From Sphingobium sp. (lineage in GTDB: Bacteria; Pseudomonadota; Alphaproteobacteria; Sphingomonadales; Sphingomonadaceae), in contig NZ_JBAQOK010000097.1 in assembly GCF_049304695.1 (NCBI RefSeq), positions 25,810-89,809 of the forward strand: a stretch of DNA of 64,000 bases, given 5' to 3'. Under the pieces are notes generated by a model that saw only the letters and a list, made by a program, of their open reading frames with translations, was not told where the DNA came from and ran no database searches. This document shows, piece by piece, positions 40,682 through 51,442 of this stretch. Position 1 is the first letter of the stretch; the number at the start of each line of letters is the position of its first letter. A program made the position numbers and the translations under genes.

Positions 40682-41968
40682 TCAGCGCTTGTCGACAGGC
40701 ACATAGTCGCGCTGCGTCGGGCCGGTGTAGAGCTGACGCGGGCGGCCGATCTTCTGTGCTGGATCGGAAATCATTTCGTTCCACTGCGCGACCCAGCCGA
40801 CGGTGCGGGCGAGGGCGAACAGCACGGTGAACATTTCCGTCGGGAAGCCGATCGCCGACAGGATCACGCCCGAATAGAAGTCGACGTTGGGGAACAGCTT
40901 CTTCTCAATGAAATAGGGATCATTGAGCGCAAGCCTTTCCAGTTCGCGCGCTACGTCGAACACCGGATCGGTCACGCCCATGGTCTTGAGCACGTCTTCG
41001 GCGGTCTTCTGCATCACCGTCGCACGGGGATCGTAATTCTTATAAACGCGATGGCCAAAGCCCATCAGGCGGAACGGATCGTCCTTGTTCTTGGCGCGGG
41101 CGATATATTCGGGGATGCGATCGACCGTGCCGATTTCGCGCAGCATGTTGAGCGCCGCTTCGTTCGCGCCGCCATGCGCCGGACCCCACAGGCAAGCGAT
41201 GCCCGCCGCGATGCAGGCGAAGGGGTTGGCTCCCGATGACCCTGCCAGACGCACGGTCGAGGTCGAGGCGTTTTGCTCGTGGTCGGCATGCAGGATGAAG
41301 ATCTTGTCCATCGCATCGACGATAACTGGATCGGGCACATAATCTTCTGCGGGGACGGAGAATGTCATGCGCAGGAAGTTGGCGGTGTAGGACAGGTCGT
41401 TGCGCGGATAGACGAAGGGCTGGCCCACCGAATATTTATACGCCATTGCCGCGATCGTGGGCATCTTGGCGATCAGGCGGTGGCTGGCGATCCGCCGCTG
41501 CACCGGATCGTTTATGTCGGTCGAATCATGGTAAAAGGCGGAAAGCGCGCCGACCACGCCGACCAGGATCGCCATGGGATGGGCATCGCGACGGAAACCA
41601 CGGAAGAAGGCGCTCAACTGTTCATGCACCATCGTGTGGCGCGTGATCGTGGAGATGAAGTCGTCCAACTCGCTCTTCGACGGCAGTTCGCCGTTCAGCA
41701 TCAGGTAGCAGACTTCCATGAAGCTGGATTCTTCGGCCAACTGACCGATCGGATAGCCACGATGCAACAGGACGCCTTCATCGCCATCGATGTAGGTCAG
41801 ACCAGATTCGCAACTGGCGGTCGATGTGAAGCCGGGATCATAGGTGAACATGCCGGTATTGGCGTACAGCTTGCGAACGTCGATGACCTGGGGACCGACA
41901 GTGCCGTCCATGACGGCATAATCCTTGGCTTCCCCGCCCAGTGTCAAAGTGGCATTTTTATCCGACAT
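40682..41968 (-). CDS. gltA: citrate synthase
   Basis: 428 aa counted from the ATG at 41968, behind AAGGAGA. Contains [14 protein letters not shown] and [11 protein letters not shown]. Confidence 0.97.
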   Translation of the reverse strand: MSDKNATLTLGGEAKDYAVMDGTVGPQVIDVRKLYANTGMFTYDPGFTSTASCESGLTYIDGDEGVLLHRGYPIGQLAEESSFMEVCYLMLNGELPSKSELDDFISTITRHTMVHEQLSAFFRGFRRDAHPMAILVGVVGALSAFYHDSTDINDPVQRRIASHRLIAKMPTIAAMAYKYSVGQPFVYPRNDLSYTANFLRMTFSVPAEDYVPDPVIVDAMDKIFILHADHEQNASTSTVRLAGSSGANPFACIAAGIACLWGPAHGGANEAALNMLREIGTVDRIPEYIARAKNKDDPFRLMGFGHRVYKNYDPRATVMQKTAEDVLKTMGVTDPVFDVARELERLALNDPYFIEKKLFPNVDFYSGVILSAIGFPTEMFTVLFALARTVGWVAQWNEMISDPAQKIGRPRQLYTGPTQRDYVPVDKR

Positions 41969-41988
41969 ATTGTTCTCCTTGAGTGCCA

Positions 41989-43446
41989 TCAACCGATCGA
42001 TGCGTGCCCCACATCGTTCAGCCGTTCCAAGCTTTCCTCTTTTCCCAGAAGGAAGAGGACATCGTAAATTCCCGGCGATACGGTTCGCCCGGTCAGCGCC
42101 GCCCGCAATGGCTGCGCCACCTTGCCCAATCCCAGGCCAGCATCCTCTGCCACGCGGCGTATCGGTTCCTCGATCGCTTCGACCGTCCAGGACTGGACGG
42201 ATGAGAGAGCGTCGGCCGCCTTGACGATCAGCGCGCGTGCGGATGCGTCTAGCAGAGTGGATGCCTTTTCGTCAAAATCCAGGGGGCAATTTTTGAACAG
42301 AAATTCAGCGCCCTCGGCAATTTCGTTAAGCGTCTTGGCCCGCGGCTTGAGTGAAGGCGTCGCCTGGGTCAGAACGTTCATATTGGTATCGGAAATGGCG
42401 ATTCCAAGGCGCTGTTCGACCCGCGGCGCGACCAGCGCGGCCAAACGTGCATCGTCCGCCTCACGCAGATAATGGCCGTTCAGATTTTCCAGCTTCTTGA
42501 TGTCGAAGCGCGATGGCGAACGGCCAACGCCCCCGATGTCGAACAGTTCGATCGCGCGATCGACTGGAATAAATTCCTCGTCGCCATGGCCCCAGCCAAG
42601 ACGCAGCAGGTAATTGAGCACCGCTTCGGGCAGCATGCCCATGTCGTCCCGATAGGCATCGACGCCCAGCGCGCCATGGCGCTTGGACAGCTTGGCCCCG
42701 TCCGATCCGTGGATCAGCGGGATGTGCGCATAGACGGGTTCTTCCCAGCCGCCCTCGATCTCCGCCATCGCCTTGATGATGCCAAGCTGACGAAACGCGT
42801 TGTTGAGATGATCGTCGCCGCGAATGACATGGGTGATGCCCATGTCATGATCGTCGACCACGACCGCCAGCATATAAGTGGGCGTGCCATCGGACCGCAG
42901 CAGGATCATGTCGTCCAGTTCGGCGTTCTGCACGACGACGCGACCCTGGACAGCGTCCTCGATCACGGTTTCCCCATCTTTCGGGGCTTTCAGGCGAATG
43001 ACGAAGGGCGCGCCTTCGGGCGCATCCTGCGGCGCGCGGTCGCGCCAGCGTCCATCGTAGCGCATCGGTTGTTTGGCCGCCCGTTGCTGTTCCCGGAGCG
43101 TCGCCAGTTCTTCGGGCGTGGCATAGCAGCGATAGGCATGACCGCCGTTCAGCAGCGCATTGGCAACCTCCGCATGGCGCGGGGTACGCTCGAACTGGAA
43201 AACGGCAGGTTCGTCTCCGCCCAGGCCCAGCCAGTCCAGACCGTCGAAAATCGCAGCAACGGCTTCGTCGGTCGACCGGGCGCGATCCGTATCCTCGATC
43301 CGCAACAGGAACTTGCCGCCATGGTGTCGCGCGAACAGCCAGTTGAACAGAGCGGTGCGTGCGCCGCCGATATGCAGGAATCCGGTCGGGGATGGCGCGA
43401 ACCGGGTCACGACCGGCTTGTTCATTCCCGTTGCGCTTGCCGTCAT
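41989..43446 (-). CDS. gltX: glutamate--tRNA ligase
   Basis: [26 protein letters not shown] (HIGH motif) and KLSKRHG (KMSKS motif). Start is ATG 43446 or ATG 43425. The 778-aa track ORF extends spuriously into comEC antisense sequence. Confidence 0.95.
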   Translation of the reverse strand: MTASATGMNKPVVTRFAPSPTGFLHIGGARTALFNWLFARHHGGKFLLRIEDTDRARSTDEAVAAIFDGLDWLGLGGDEPAVFQFERTPRHAEVANALLNGGHAYRCYATPEELATLREQQRAAKQPMRYDGRWRDRAPQDAPEGAPFVIRLKAPKDGETVIEDAVQGRVVVQNAELDDMILLRSDGTPTYMLAVVVDDHDMGITHVIRGDDHLNNAFRQLGIIKAMAEIEGGWEEPVYAHIPLIHGSDGAKLSKRHGALGVDAYRDDMGMLPEAVLNYLLRLGWGHGDEEFIPVDRAIELFDIGGVGRSPSRFDIKKLENLNGHYLREADDARLAALVAPRVEQRLGIAISDTNMNVLTQATPSLKPRAKTLNEIAEGAEFLFKNCPLDFDEKASTLLDASARALIVKAADALSSVQSWTVEAIEEPIRRVAEDAGLGLGKVAQPLRAALTGRTVSPGIYDVLFLLGKEESLERLNDVGHASIG

Positions 43447-43473
43447 ATTCCCTGACACTCGTCCTGCTGATCT

Positions 43474-45648
43474 ATGAATGCGACGCCCCCTAGCATGGCT
43501 TTTGAGCCACGACAAACCTCGCTTGTGGTCAGGGCCACAGGTGGCGCGCGCGTGCTTTTCGCTCGGGTCGAAAGCTGGATGGAATGGGAGCGCGAACAGG
43601 TGCCGCTCTGGGCACCGGTGGGGCTTGGTCTGGGCATAGCCGCCTGGTTCGCCTTGCCAGACCGGATCGGCTGGCTGGGCTTTGGCTGCGCCATGCTGGC
43701 TCTTGCCTGCGCTGGCCTGCTTCTGCCCGATGGCACGCGATTGCGGCGCATGATCGTGACGGGCGGCATGCTCGCCTGCATCGGGTGCCTGCTGGTGTGG
43801 GGGAAGGCCATGTTGCTGGGTCAACCGCCGCTGGCTCGCGCTACATTCGCGTTGGTGACGGGGGAGGTCGTGTCTGTTCGTCCGGTGCCGGCGCAGCATA
43901 TGGTCCGCGCGATATTGAAACCCGAAGCCGCGTTGAACCTGCCCGCCATCATCCGCGTGAATATTGCGGAGGAGGACATGCCGGATGGGCTGGGCGAGGG
44001 CGCAAAGATTCGCTTTCGCGTCCGCCTGATGCCGCCCGCACCCCCTGCCGTGCCGGGCAGCTATAATTTTGCCGCGCGCGCCTATTTTCAGGGGATCGGC
44101 GCCACTGGCAAAGCGCTGCGGCCGATCGAAGTGCTGCGCCCTGCATCCGGTGTGGCGCCGCTGCGCAATCGGCTGTTCGCGCATATATCGTCGCAGATCG
44201 ACGGCCCGCCACAAGGGATCGCTATCGCGCTCGCCACCGGGGATCAGGGGGCGATCGCGCAGGCCGATGCCGACGCCATGCGCAACAGCGGGCTGGCGCA
44301 TCTCCTGTCGATCAGTGGCCTGCATGTGACCGCTCTGATCGGCGCCGTCATCTTCCTGTTGATGCGCGTGATGGCGCTCAGCCGTCGGGCGGCGCTCGAC
44401 TGGCCGTTAATGCTGATCGCAGCGAGTGGCGGGGCGCTGGCAGGTATCGGCTACACGCTGTTGACGGGGGCGGAGGTGCCCACGGTGCGATCGTGCGTTG
44501 CGGCATTGCTGGTGCTGGGCGGATTGGCGCTGGGGCGAGACGCGATCACGCTTCGCCTCGTCGCGACGGGCGCGCTGGTCGTGCTGATATTCTGGCCCGA
44601 AGCCTTGGTCGGTCCGAGTTTCCAGATGAGTTTCGCCGCCGTCACAGCGCTTGTAGCGCTCAGCGAGCACCACCGCTTTCGTGCCTTTGCGATGGCGCGG
44701 GATGAAAGCACCATGCTACGGTTGGGGCGGGCTGTGGTGGCGACGCTGCTGACCGGTATTGTCATCGAACTCGTGCTGATGCCGATTGCCCTTTTTCATT
44801 TTCACAAGGCGGGCATGCTCGGTGCGTTCGCCAACATCGTGGCGATCCCGCTCACGACCTTTGTCGTGATGCCACTTGAGGCGCTGGCGCTACTGGGCGA
44901 TCTGGTCGGGATCGGCGCGCCGTTCTGGTGGCTGACGGGCCAGATGCTTCAACTGCTGCTGTGGGTCGCCCATGGCGTCGCCGCCAATCCGGCCGCGACG
45001 ATGCTGACGCCGGCGGTGCCGTCCTGGATATTCGCGATGATGTCTGCAGGGATAGTGTGGTCTCTGCTCTGGCGCAGCGGCCTGCGCTGGGTTGGCCTCG
45101 CGCCGATTGCAGCCGGGATAGGAATGATATGGAGCCTGTCCCCGGCCGACATATTGGTGACAGGGGACGGCCGCCATGTCGCGCTGCGCACAGCAAAGGG
45201 GGGGATGGCGATTCTGCGCGCGGGTGCGGGGGATTATGTGCGGGATACGCTGGCGGAAAGCGTCGGTCATGACGGCGATCTGGAAGATTTGACGCACTTG
45301 CCTCAGGCGCGATGTTCGACCGATCTGTGCGCGGTGAACATGACGGCGGCAGGGCGGCGCTGGCGACTGCTTCTGACGCGCAATGATGTTCTGGTCGAGC
45401 GCGCCGTCTTTAGCCAGAATTGCGCCGACGCCGACATCGTCGTGTCCGACCGGCGATTGCCACGCTGGTGTCGCCCCCGCTGGCTCAAGATCGACCGGAG
45501 CCTGCTGGCGCGTACCGGTGGGATGGCCATCAACCTTACCGATACGACGGTCCAGACAGTGCGCACGCCCGGCGACGCGCATCCATGGATCGTCCGCCCG
45601 ACATATCGCCGGACGGACAAGACCATGCGCTGGCGACCTTCACCCTAA
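43474..45648 (+). CDS. comEC: ComEC/Rec2-family membrane channel protein
   Basis: 724 aa. Many TM helices and the competence-domain motif [14 protein letters not shown]. The C-terminal ~170 aa are soluble. Confidence 0.85.
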   Translation: MNATPPSMAFEPRQTSLVVRATGGARVLFARVESWMEWEREQVPLWAPVGLGLGIAAWFALPDRIGWLGFGCAMLALACAGLLLPDGTRLRRMIVTGGMLACIGCLLVWGKAMLLGQPPLARATFALVTGEVVSVRPVPAQHMVRAILKPEAALNLPAIIRVNIAEEDMPDGLGEGAKIRFRVRLMPPAPPAVPGSYNFAARAYFQGIGATGKALRPIEVLRPASGVAPLRNRLFAHISSQIDGPPQGIAIALATGDQGAIAQADADAMRNSGLAHLLSISGLHVTALIGAVIFLLMRVMALSRRAALDWPLMLIAASGGALAGIGYTLLTGAEVPTVRSCVAALLVLGGLALGRDAITLRLVATGALVVLIFWPEALVGPSFQMSFAAVTALVALSEHHRFRAFAMARDESTMLRLGRAVVATLLTGIVIELVLMPIALFHFHKAGMLGAFANIVAIPLTTFVVMPLEALALLGDLVGIGAPFWWLTGQMLQLLLWVAHGVAANPAATMLTPAVPSWIFAMMSAGIVWSLLWRSGLRWVGLAPIAAGIGMIWSLSPADILVTGDGRHVALRTAKGGMAILRAGAGDYVRDTLAESVGHDGDLEDLTHLPQARCSTDLCAVNMTAAGRRWRLLLTRNDVLVERAVFSQNCADADIVVSDRRLPRWCRPRWLKIDRSLLARTGGMAINLTDTTVQTVRTPGDAHPWIVRPTYRRTDKTMRWRPSP

Positions 45649-46328
45649 TTATAACGGCGCAAAAGTCCTGCGAGCTTGCCCTGTATCCGCACTTGGCCAG
45701 ATTCATAGAGTTGCGGTTCATAGGCACTGTTGGCCGGGTCGAGCCGCACCCTTGGCCCTTCGCGGCGGAAATATTTGAGCGTTGCCTCGCTGTCGTCGAT
45801 CAGGGCGACGACGATCTGCCCTTCGCGTGCGACATCGGTGCGTTGGATGAGGGCAAAGTCGCCATCCAATATGCCCGCTTCCATCATGGAATCGCCCGAT
45901 ACTTCCAGCGCATAATGATCGCCCGCGCCCAACAGGGCAGCAGGCACGGACAGCATAGTCTGACCCTCCATCGCCTCGATCGGGACACCTGCGGCAATGC
46001 GGCCATGCATGGGGATTTCGATCACATCGTTTGCGGCGGTCGGCAGCATCGGCGTGCTGGGAAAAGAAGCGGCTGGATTGGTCTCCGCAACCTTCGCAGG
46101 AATACGATGCATCGCGTCCGGCAGCTTCAGGACTTCCAGCGCCCGCGCCCGGTTAGGCAGGCGACGGATGAAACCGCGTTCCTCCAGCGCATTGATCAGG
46201 CGGTGGATGCCGCTCTTGGACCGCAGGTCCAACGCATCCTTCATTTCCTCGAACGAGGGCGAAACGCCGGCTTCATCCAGGCGCGTCTGAATGAAGCTGA
46301 GCAATTCCTGCTGCTTGAGTGTCAACAT
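45645..46328 (-). CDS. lexA: LexA repressor
   Basis: 227 aa counted from the ATG at 46328. [17 protein letters not shown] wHTH. Self-cleavage and serine-protease region ([26 protein letters not shown]). Confidence 0.96.
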   Translation of the reverse strand: MLTLKQQELLSFIQTRLDEAGVSPSFEEMKDALDLRSKSGIHRLINALEERGFIRRLPNRARALEVLKLPDAMHRIPAKVAETNPAASFPSTPMLPTAANDVIEIPMHGRIAAGVPIEAMEGQTMLSVPAALLGAGDHYALEVSGDSMMEAGILDGDFALIQRTDVAREGQIVVALIDDSEATLKYFRREGPRVRLDPANSAYEPQLYESGQVRIQGKLAGLLRRYN

Positions 46329-46345
46329 CGTCACAGTCCTCCATG

Positions 46346-46360
46346 GAACGTATGAAGAAC
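46346..46360 (-). promoter_or_regulatory. alphaproteobacterial SOS box (GTTC-N7-GTTC)
   Basis: The plus strand reads GAAC-GTATGAA-GAAC, so the minus strand reads GTTCTTCATACGTTC. It lies 18-32 nt upstream of the lexA ATG. Confidence 0.85.
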
Positions 46361-46437
46361 GCATAGGAAACGAATGGAGGCAAGTCAAGCGGCCAACAGC
46401 TCGTCGCATCGGCGGGAACGCAGGCGCGATTCGCTGG

Positions 46438-46635
46438 TTATGCGTTTGTTCCTTCCGATAGTGAAGGGCGAGGAGAGTGAAGATGCTGAACCTGCATGAC
46501 CAGTCCGCCCCCCGCCGCAGACAGCATCGCGACGACGCACATGGACAACGCAGCCGCTCCATTCGCCGCTATCAGGCCGAGAGGCAATTTGGCGATGGCG
46601 ATCATGAAGAATGCGCGCCGGGCGAAGTGCAGCAT
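46438..46635 (-). CDS. possible 65-aa two-helix membrane peptide downstream of moeA
   Basis: [49 protein letters not shown]... is hydrophobic with a moderate GC3 bias. It starts 16 nt after the moeA stop. No family recognised. Confidence 0.3.
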   Translation of the reverse strand: MLHFARRAFFMIAIAKLPLGLIAANGAAALSMCVVAMLSAAGGGLVMQVQHLHSPRPSLSEGTNA

Positions 46636-46650
46636 CGTTGAACCAGTCCA

Positions 46651-47832
46651 TCAGCCGATAGATATGATGGAGACGTTTTCACCGATTTGTGCAGCCTTAG
46701 CCCCTGCGGGACGGAATATCAGGCAGTCGGCCATCGCTAATGACGCCGCTGCTGCGCTATCCTGTGATGTGACTGTGACGATTCCCGCTCCATCACGCCG
46801 CGCACGCAGATAATCATCACGATTTCCCGTGTCGGGAAGATCGGATGCAAGCACCGCGTTCCTCATCTGGGGCAGGGGATCGGATGCGCCAGACATATGT
46901 CGAATCACAGGTATCAGGAACAGGCTGGCAGTGACGAAGGCGGACACCGGATTCCCCGGCAGCCCAATGAACAGGGCGCCATGTATTCGACCAGCCATGA
47001 GCGGCTTGCCCGGACGCATCGCGATTTTCCAGAAATCCAGTGTTCCTCCAGCTTTTGTAAAAGCCGGGCGGACCAGATCATGATCGCCAACTGACGCGCC
47101 GCCTGTCGAAACGATGATATCGGCATCTGCGGCCTCATCAAAAGCGACAGTCAGCAGATCCAGATTGTCACCGATAATGCCCAGGTCGATGACGTCGCAT
47201 GGCAATGCAGCGAGCATCGCCGCCAGCATCGGCGCGTTGGAGGACGGCAAACTACCTGGAGGAGTGGGTGCGCCGGGCGGAACCAGTTCATTACCCGTCG
47301 AGATAATCGCCACCCGCACTCGCCGACGGACCGGCAGCATGCCATGACCGCCCAGCGCGGCGAGCGCGATCTGCGCCGGGCCGATTTTGCTACCCGCGCG
47401 CAGGAGAAGGCTGGCTTGGCCGAAATCGGATGCCGCAGGACGAACATGTTGGCCGCTCGTCAATGCGCCATCGACGGCGCGAAGGATGTCATCCTCTACA
47501 GCCGCATTTTCCTGGATCAATATGGCGTCCGCGCCCTCAGGCAATGGCGCGCCAGTGAAGATGCGGCACGCCTCGTCCCGTGGGAGCGCATCAGGCGGCG
47601 TTCCCCCCGCACTGCTCGTCGTCGTCACACGCCACGGACCGGGCCATTCGCTCGCCCGCACGGCATAGCCGTCCATCGCCGAAAGAGCGGCCCATGGCTG
47701 GTCCCGCAGCGCGACGACATCGCGCGCCAACCAGCGCTCGGTGCAACCCACAAGCGGACAATCCTCGACGGGTAGCGCCTTGGCCAGCGTGAACAGGCGG
47801 GATTGCGCCTCGGCAACCGGCAACAGGCTCAT
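46651..47832 (-). CDS. moeA: molybdopterin molybdotransferase
   Basis: 393 aa. [17 protein letters not shown] and [11 protein letters not shown] motifs. Confidence 0.92.
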   Translation of the reverse strand: MSLLPVAEAQSRLFTLAKALPVEDCPLVGCTERWLARDVVALRDQPWAALSAMDGYAVRASEWPGPWRVTTTSSAGGTPPDALPRDEACRIFTGAPLPEGADAILIQENAAVEDDILRAVDGALTSGQHVRPAASDFGQASLLLRAGSKIGPAQIALAALGGHGMLPVRRRVRVAIISTGNELVPPGAPTPPGSLPSSNAPMLAAMLAALPCDVIDLGIIGDNLDLLTVAFDEAADADIIVSTGGASVGDHDLVRPAFTKAGGTLDFWKIAMRPGKPLMAGRIHGALFIGLPGNPVSAFVTASLFLIPVIRHMSGASDPLPQMRNAVLASDLPDTGNRDDYLRARRDGAGIVTVTSQDSAAAASLAMADCLIFRPAGAKAAQIGENVSIISIG

Positions 47833-48299
47833 GGCGCGCGCCAGTCCCCTGATTTGCCGCCGGTCTTGGCGATCAGGCGGACGCCGCCGATTACCATTGC
47901 CTTGTCCAAAGCCTTGGCCATGTCATAGACGGTGAGCAGCGCAACGGTGGCAGCGGTCAGCGCCTCCATCTCCACGCCTGTCACGCCAGCGGTGCGGGCG
48001 GTTGCGGTGACGGTAACGCCAGCCTGACCCAGATCGAAGTCCACGCTCACGGCAGACAGGGCGATGGGATGACATAACGGAATGAGGTCTGCCGTCCGTT
48101 TGGCGGCCATGATGCCCGCCACGCGTGCGACGGCCAGCACGTCGCCCTTCCTGACCAGACCGTCGGCGATCGCCGCAGCGGCCTGCGCGCTCATGTCGAT
48201 GCGGCCTGACGCAATGGCTTCGCGCGCCGTCACGGCCTTGGCCGACACATCGACCATATGCGCTGCACCGTCGGCGTCCAGATGGGTCAGACCGCTCAT
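47829..48299 (-). CDS. moaC: cyclic pyranopterin monophosphate synthase
   Basis: 156 aa. [18 protein letters not shown] and LIPLCHPI motifs. Confidence 0.96.
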   Translation of the reverse strand: MSGLTHLDADGAAHMVDVSAKAVTAREAIASGRIDMSAQAAAAIADGLVRKGDVLAVARVAGIMAAKRTADLIPLCHPIALSAVSVDFDLGQAGVTVTATARTAGVTGVEMEALTAATVALLTVYDMAKALDKAMVIGGVRLIAKTGGKSGDWRAP

Positions 48300-49087
48300 G
48301 CCCCCGTCAGCAGGTTGATCGTTGCAGCTTCCACGTCCGCCTGCCGCATGAGTGTTTCGCCGACCAGGAAGCAGCGCACGCCATGGTCCGCCATCGCCAC
48401 CAGATCGGCATGCGACCCAAGCCCGCTTTCGGCAACGAAGGTGCAGCCTTCCGGCGCTTTGCCGACCAGTTCGTAAGTGCGCGCGAAATCGACCGAGAAA
48501 TCGCGCAAGTCGCGATTGTTGACCCCGATCAGTCGCGAGCGCAGCTTCAATGCCCGCTCCAGTTCCGCCTCATCATGCACCTCGATCAGTGCGTCCATGC
48601 CAAGGCCCAGCGCTGCATCCTCGATTTCGGCCATCTGCCCGTCGTCCAGTGCGGCGACGATAATCAGGATGGCATCCGCGCCCAGCGATCGGCTTTCCAG
48701 TATCTGCCACGGATCGACGATGAAATCCTTGCGAAGCACAGGGATGGCGCAGGCGGATCGCGCCGCCATCAGATAATCGTCATGCCCCTGGAAATAGGGT
48801 TCGTCGGTCAGCACCGACAGGCAGGCCGCACCGCCAGCCGTATAGGCCTGCGCATGAGCGGGGGGATCGAAATCCGCGCGGATCAGCCCTTTGGAGGGGC
48901 TGGCCTTCTTGACCTCCGCAATCAGGCCGAAGCCCGATCGGGCGGCGTCATCCAGAGCTTTGCGAAATCCGCGTGGCGGCGTCTGTTCCGAAGCGCGCGC
49001 GTGCAGCGCCGAGACCGTCGTTGCAGAACGACGACGGGCAACCTCCTCCCGCTTGACGTTGCAAATTTCGATCAGCTTGTTTGTCAT
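48296..49087 (-). CDS. trpC: indole-3-glycerol phosphate synthase
   Basis: [24 protein letters not shown] and GVNNRDL motifs. I prefer the ATG at 49087 because it forms an ATGA overlap with the trpD stop. Confidence 0.94.
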   Translation of the reverse strand: MTNKLIEICNVKREEVARRRSATTVSALHARASEQTPPRGFRKALDDAARSGFGLIAEVKKASPSKGLIRADFDPPAHAQAYTAGGAACLSVLTDEPYFQGHDDYLMAARSACAIPVLRKDFIVDPWQILESRSLGADAILIIVAALDDGQMAEIEDAALGLGMDALIEVHDEAELERALKLRSRLIGVNNRDLRDFSVDFARTYELVGKAPEGCTFVAESGLGSHADLVAMADHGVRCFLVGETLMRQADVEAATINLLTGA

Positions 49088-50076
49088 AGATAGGCAATCC
49101 AGCAATTGAGGAGGGCGTTGGCAAGGCCACGGTCGATGGTTTCGGCCGCTTCCTCCACACCTTCACGAAGATCGGCAACGGCATCGGCCACGACAAGGGC
49201 CGCAGCGGCGTTGAACAGCACGGCGTCGCGGTAAGCGCCCGGTTCGCCTTGCAACAGCGCGCGCAGGGCAGCTGCATTATGGGCCGCGTCGCCGCCCCGG
49301 ATCGCCTCGACCCTCTGCGTTGTCAGGCCCAGATCGGCGGCGGCCAACCGACGCATGGCGACGACGCCATCGCCAGTGATTTCCGCCACGTCATTCCCAC
49401 CTGCCAGCGATAGTTCGTCCAGCCCTTCGTCGCCCGATACGATCATCGCACGATCAACGCCCAGTTCCGCCAGCGCCTGCGCATAAATGGGAACATAGGC
49501 CGGCCGTGCGATGCCGACCAGTTGTCGTCGCACGCCTGCAGGATTGGCGAGCGGCCCCATGAGGTTGAAAATGGTGCGTTCGCCGATCGCCTTGCGGATC
49601 GGACCCAGCCGTTTGAGCGCAGGGTGATAATTTTGCGCGAACAGGAAACAGATGCCCAGGTCCGCCAGCGTCGCTTCTGCCGTATCGGCAGCGCGGTCGA
49701 GGTTCAGGCCAAGTGCTTCGAGCGTATCGGCAGCGCCCGCCTTGGACGATGCGGCGCGGTTGCCATGTTTGGCGACCGGCACACCTGCCGCTGCCACGAC
49801 GAGCGATACGGCGGTGGAAACGTTGAGCGTATGATGGCCATCGCCCCCGGTGCCGCATACATCGATCGTGCCGACCGGCGCATCGACACAGATCATGCGC
49901 GCGCGCATCGCGCGGGCGGCGGCGGCGATTTCCGTCGCGGTTTCGCCACGTCGCGCCATGGCGACGAGAAAGGCGGCAATGTCATTTTCGGGCAGGTCGG
50001 CGTCGAACAGCAAGTCGAACGCTTGTGCTGCGGCCTGCGCATCGAGCGGGCTGGAAGGATCGGGAAGCCGGTTCAT
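49084..50076 (-). CDS. trpD: anthranilate phosphoribosyltransferase
   Basis: 330 aa. [17 protein letters not shown] and [15 protein letters not shown] motifs. Confidence 0.96.
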   Translation of the reverse strand: MNRLPDPSSPLDAQAAAQAFDLLFDADLPENDIAAFLVAMARRGETATEIAAAARAMRARMICVDAPVGTIDVCGTGGDGHHTLNVSTAVSLVVAAAGVPVAKHGNRAASSKAGAADTLEALGLNLDRAADTAEATLADLGICFLFAQNYHPALKRLGPIRKAIGERTIFNLMGPLANPAGVRRQLVGIARPAYVPIYAQALAELGVDRAMIVSGDEGLDELSLAGGNDVAEITGDGVVAMRRLAAADLGLTTQRVEAIRGGDAAHNAAALRALLQGEPGAYRDAVLFNAAAALVVADAVADLREGVEEAAETIDRGLANALLNCWIAYL

Positions 50077-50177
50077 CCCGCTTGCCTTAGTCGGCAGGGG
50101 GAGGAAAAGTCGAGAGGGCGTCAGCGCTTAATGACGCACTTTTTCCGCGATCTCATAAGTTGCCCTTGGCATCAGAT

Positions 50178-50239
50178 GCTCCCACGAAGGCGGGATTCCA
50201 GTCCGAACGTCGGAAATTCGCTCCCGCCTTGGTGGGAGC
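50178..50239. repeat. REP-like palindrome (copy D) in the trpG-trpD spacer
   Basis: Arms gctcccacgaaggcggga (50178-50195) and tcccgccttggtgggagc (50222-50239) are 17/18 complementary, separated by a 26-nt loop. Related to copy B. Confidence 0.8.
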
Positions 50240-50264
50240 ATATAGCCAGTTGGAACCGGCCCGA

Positions 50265-50855
50265 TCAGGCCACTTCGCGTTCCTGAACCGGCATCCCGGC
50301 GATCCTCAGGAAATTGGCCAGCATGTCATGCCCATATTGGGTGGCGATGCTTTCGGGATGAAACTGGACCGAATGGATCGGCAGCGTGGCGTGGCGGAAT
50401 CCCATGACCGACCCATCCTCGCTGGTCGCGTTGACCACCAGATCAGCAGGAATGTCCTCCACGATGAGCGAGTGATAGCGGGTCGCGGTGAAGGGGGAGG
50501 GCAGGCCGCCGAACAGGCCGGTGCCGTCATGCGCGACTGGCGATGTCTTGCCGTGCATCAACCCGCCGCGCACCACCTGGCCCCCGAAATGCTGGCCGAT
50601 CGCCTGATGGCCAAGGCACACGCCCAGCAAGGGCGCGCCCGCATCGGCACAGGCGGCGACCAGATCCAGGCTGACGCCCGCTTCATTGGGGGTGCAGGGG
50701 CCGGGGGACAACAGGAACGCCTTCGCGCCACTGGACAAGGCCTGTCCTGCGGAAATGGCGTCGTTACGGACGACTTCGACCTGAGCGCCCAGTTCCATAA
50801 GATAATGGACCAGGTTCCAGGTGAAGCTGTCATAATTGTCGATGACGAGGATCAT
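50265..50855 (-). CDS. trpG: anthranilate synthase component II / aminodeoxychorismate synthase glutamine amidotransferase
   Basis: 196 aa. [26 protein letters not shown] (catalytic Cys) and VQFHPES motifs. Confidence 0.92.
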   Translation of the reverse strand: MILVIDNYDSFTWNLVHYLMELGAQVEVVRNDAISAGQALSSGAKAFLLSPGPCTPNEAGVSLDLVAACADAGAPLLGVCLGHQAIGQHFGGQVVRGGLMHGKTSPVAHDGTGLFGGLPSPFTATRYHSLIVEDIPADLVVNATSEDGSVMGFRHATLPIHSVQFHPESIATQYGHDMLANFLRIAGMPVQEREVA

Positions 50856-50915
50856 GGTGCAAGGCCTTAGCGTGGGATCGACGCGGGGGGAAGTGGGAGC
50901 GAACAGGATGAGCCG

Positions 50916-51275
50916 TCAGGACCCGAGCCAATTCTGCGCATCCTCCAGCGTCAGGAATACGCGCAATCGCGGATGCACCAGCGTGCGTTCCGCCTGCGCC
51001 TTGTTCAACTGACTGCCGACCACCACGGCGGCACGTCCGCCAGTCAAAGTGATGCCGCCGCGCATGATGTTGGCGAGCAGATCGGCGACATCGTTCGCCT
51101 GCACCGGGAATGCCAGTGATTCGACCAGCACGTTGAAATCCGTGCGGATTGCCTGTGCCTGACGCGCCTTCGCGCCTACCTCTTTGGCAAATGCCACCAC
51201 GGTTTCCGGCTTCCAGAACCCTTCGACCTTCAGGATCAGGCAGTTGGCGAGATGGTCATAGTCTACCTGAAACAT
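50916..51275 (-). CDS. hypothetical protein (STAS-like size and pattern, not confidently assigned)
   Basis: 119 aa counted from the ATG at 51275 (MFQVDYDHLANCLILKVEGFW...). Codon usage looks coding. Confidence 0.6.
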   Translation of the reverse strand: MFQVDYDHLANCLILKVEGFWKPETVVAFAKEVGAKARQAQAIRTDFNVLVESLAFPVQANDVADLLANIMRGGITLTGGRAAVVVGSQLNKAQAERTLVHPRLRVFLTLEDAQNWLGS

Positions 51276-51407
51276 GCGTCCCCGGTCCAAAAAGGGCGGC
51301 CTGCGCCGTTGCGTAACGGCTGATGCCGATTTTCAGTCGGCGCAGCCACCATTTTTGTCGGCGAAGGCGATCGCTATGCCCTCTTCACGCGCGTCCAAGT
51401 CCATGGC

Positions 51408-51436
51408 TTGAAAAACAATTCGCGCCGGGCCATATG
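51408..51436 (+). promoter_or_regulatory. candidate sigma-70 promoter of ssrA
   Basis: TTGAAA (51408-51413), 17-nt spacer, CATATG (51431-51436). This would place the transcription start near 51443. Confidence 0.4.
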
Positions 51437-51442
51437 GGTTGG

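Noticed and set aside
43447-44325. 5' extension of the gltX ORF (778 aa in the track)
   Set aside because: The extension overlaps comEC on the other strand and has no GltX-like sequence. The HIGH-motif N-terminus begins at 43446 or 43425.
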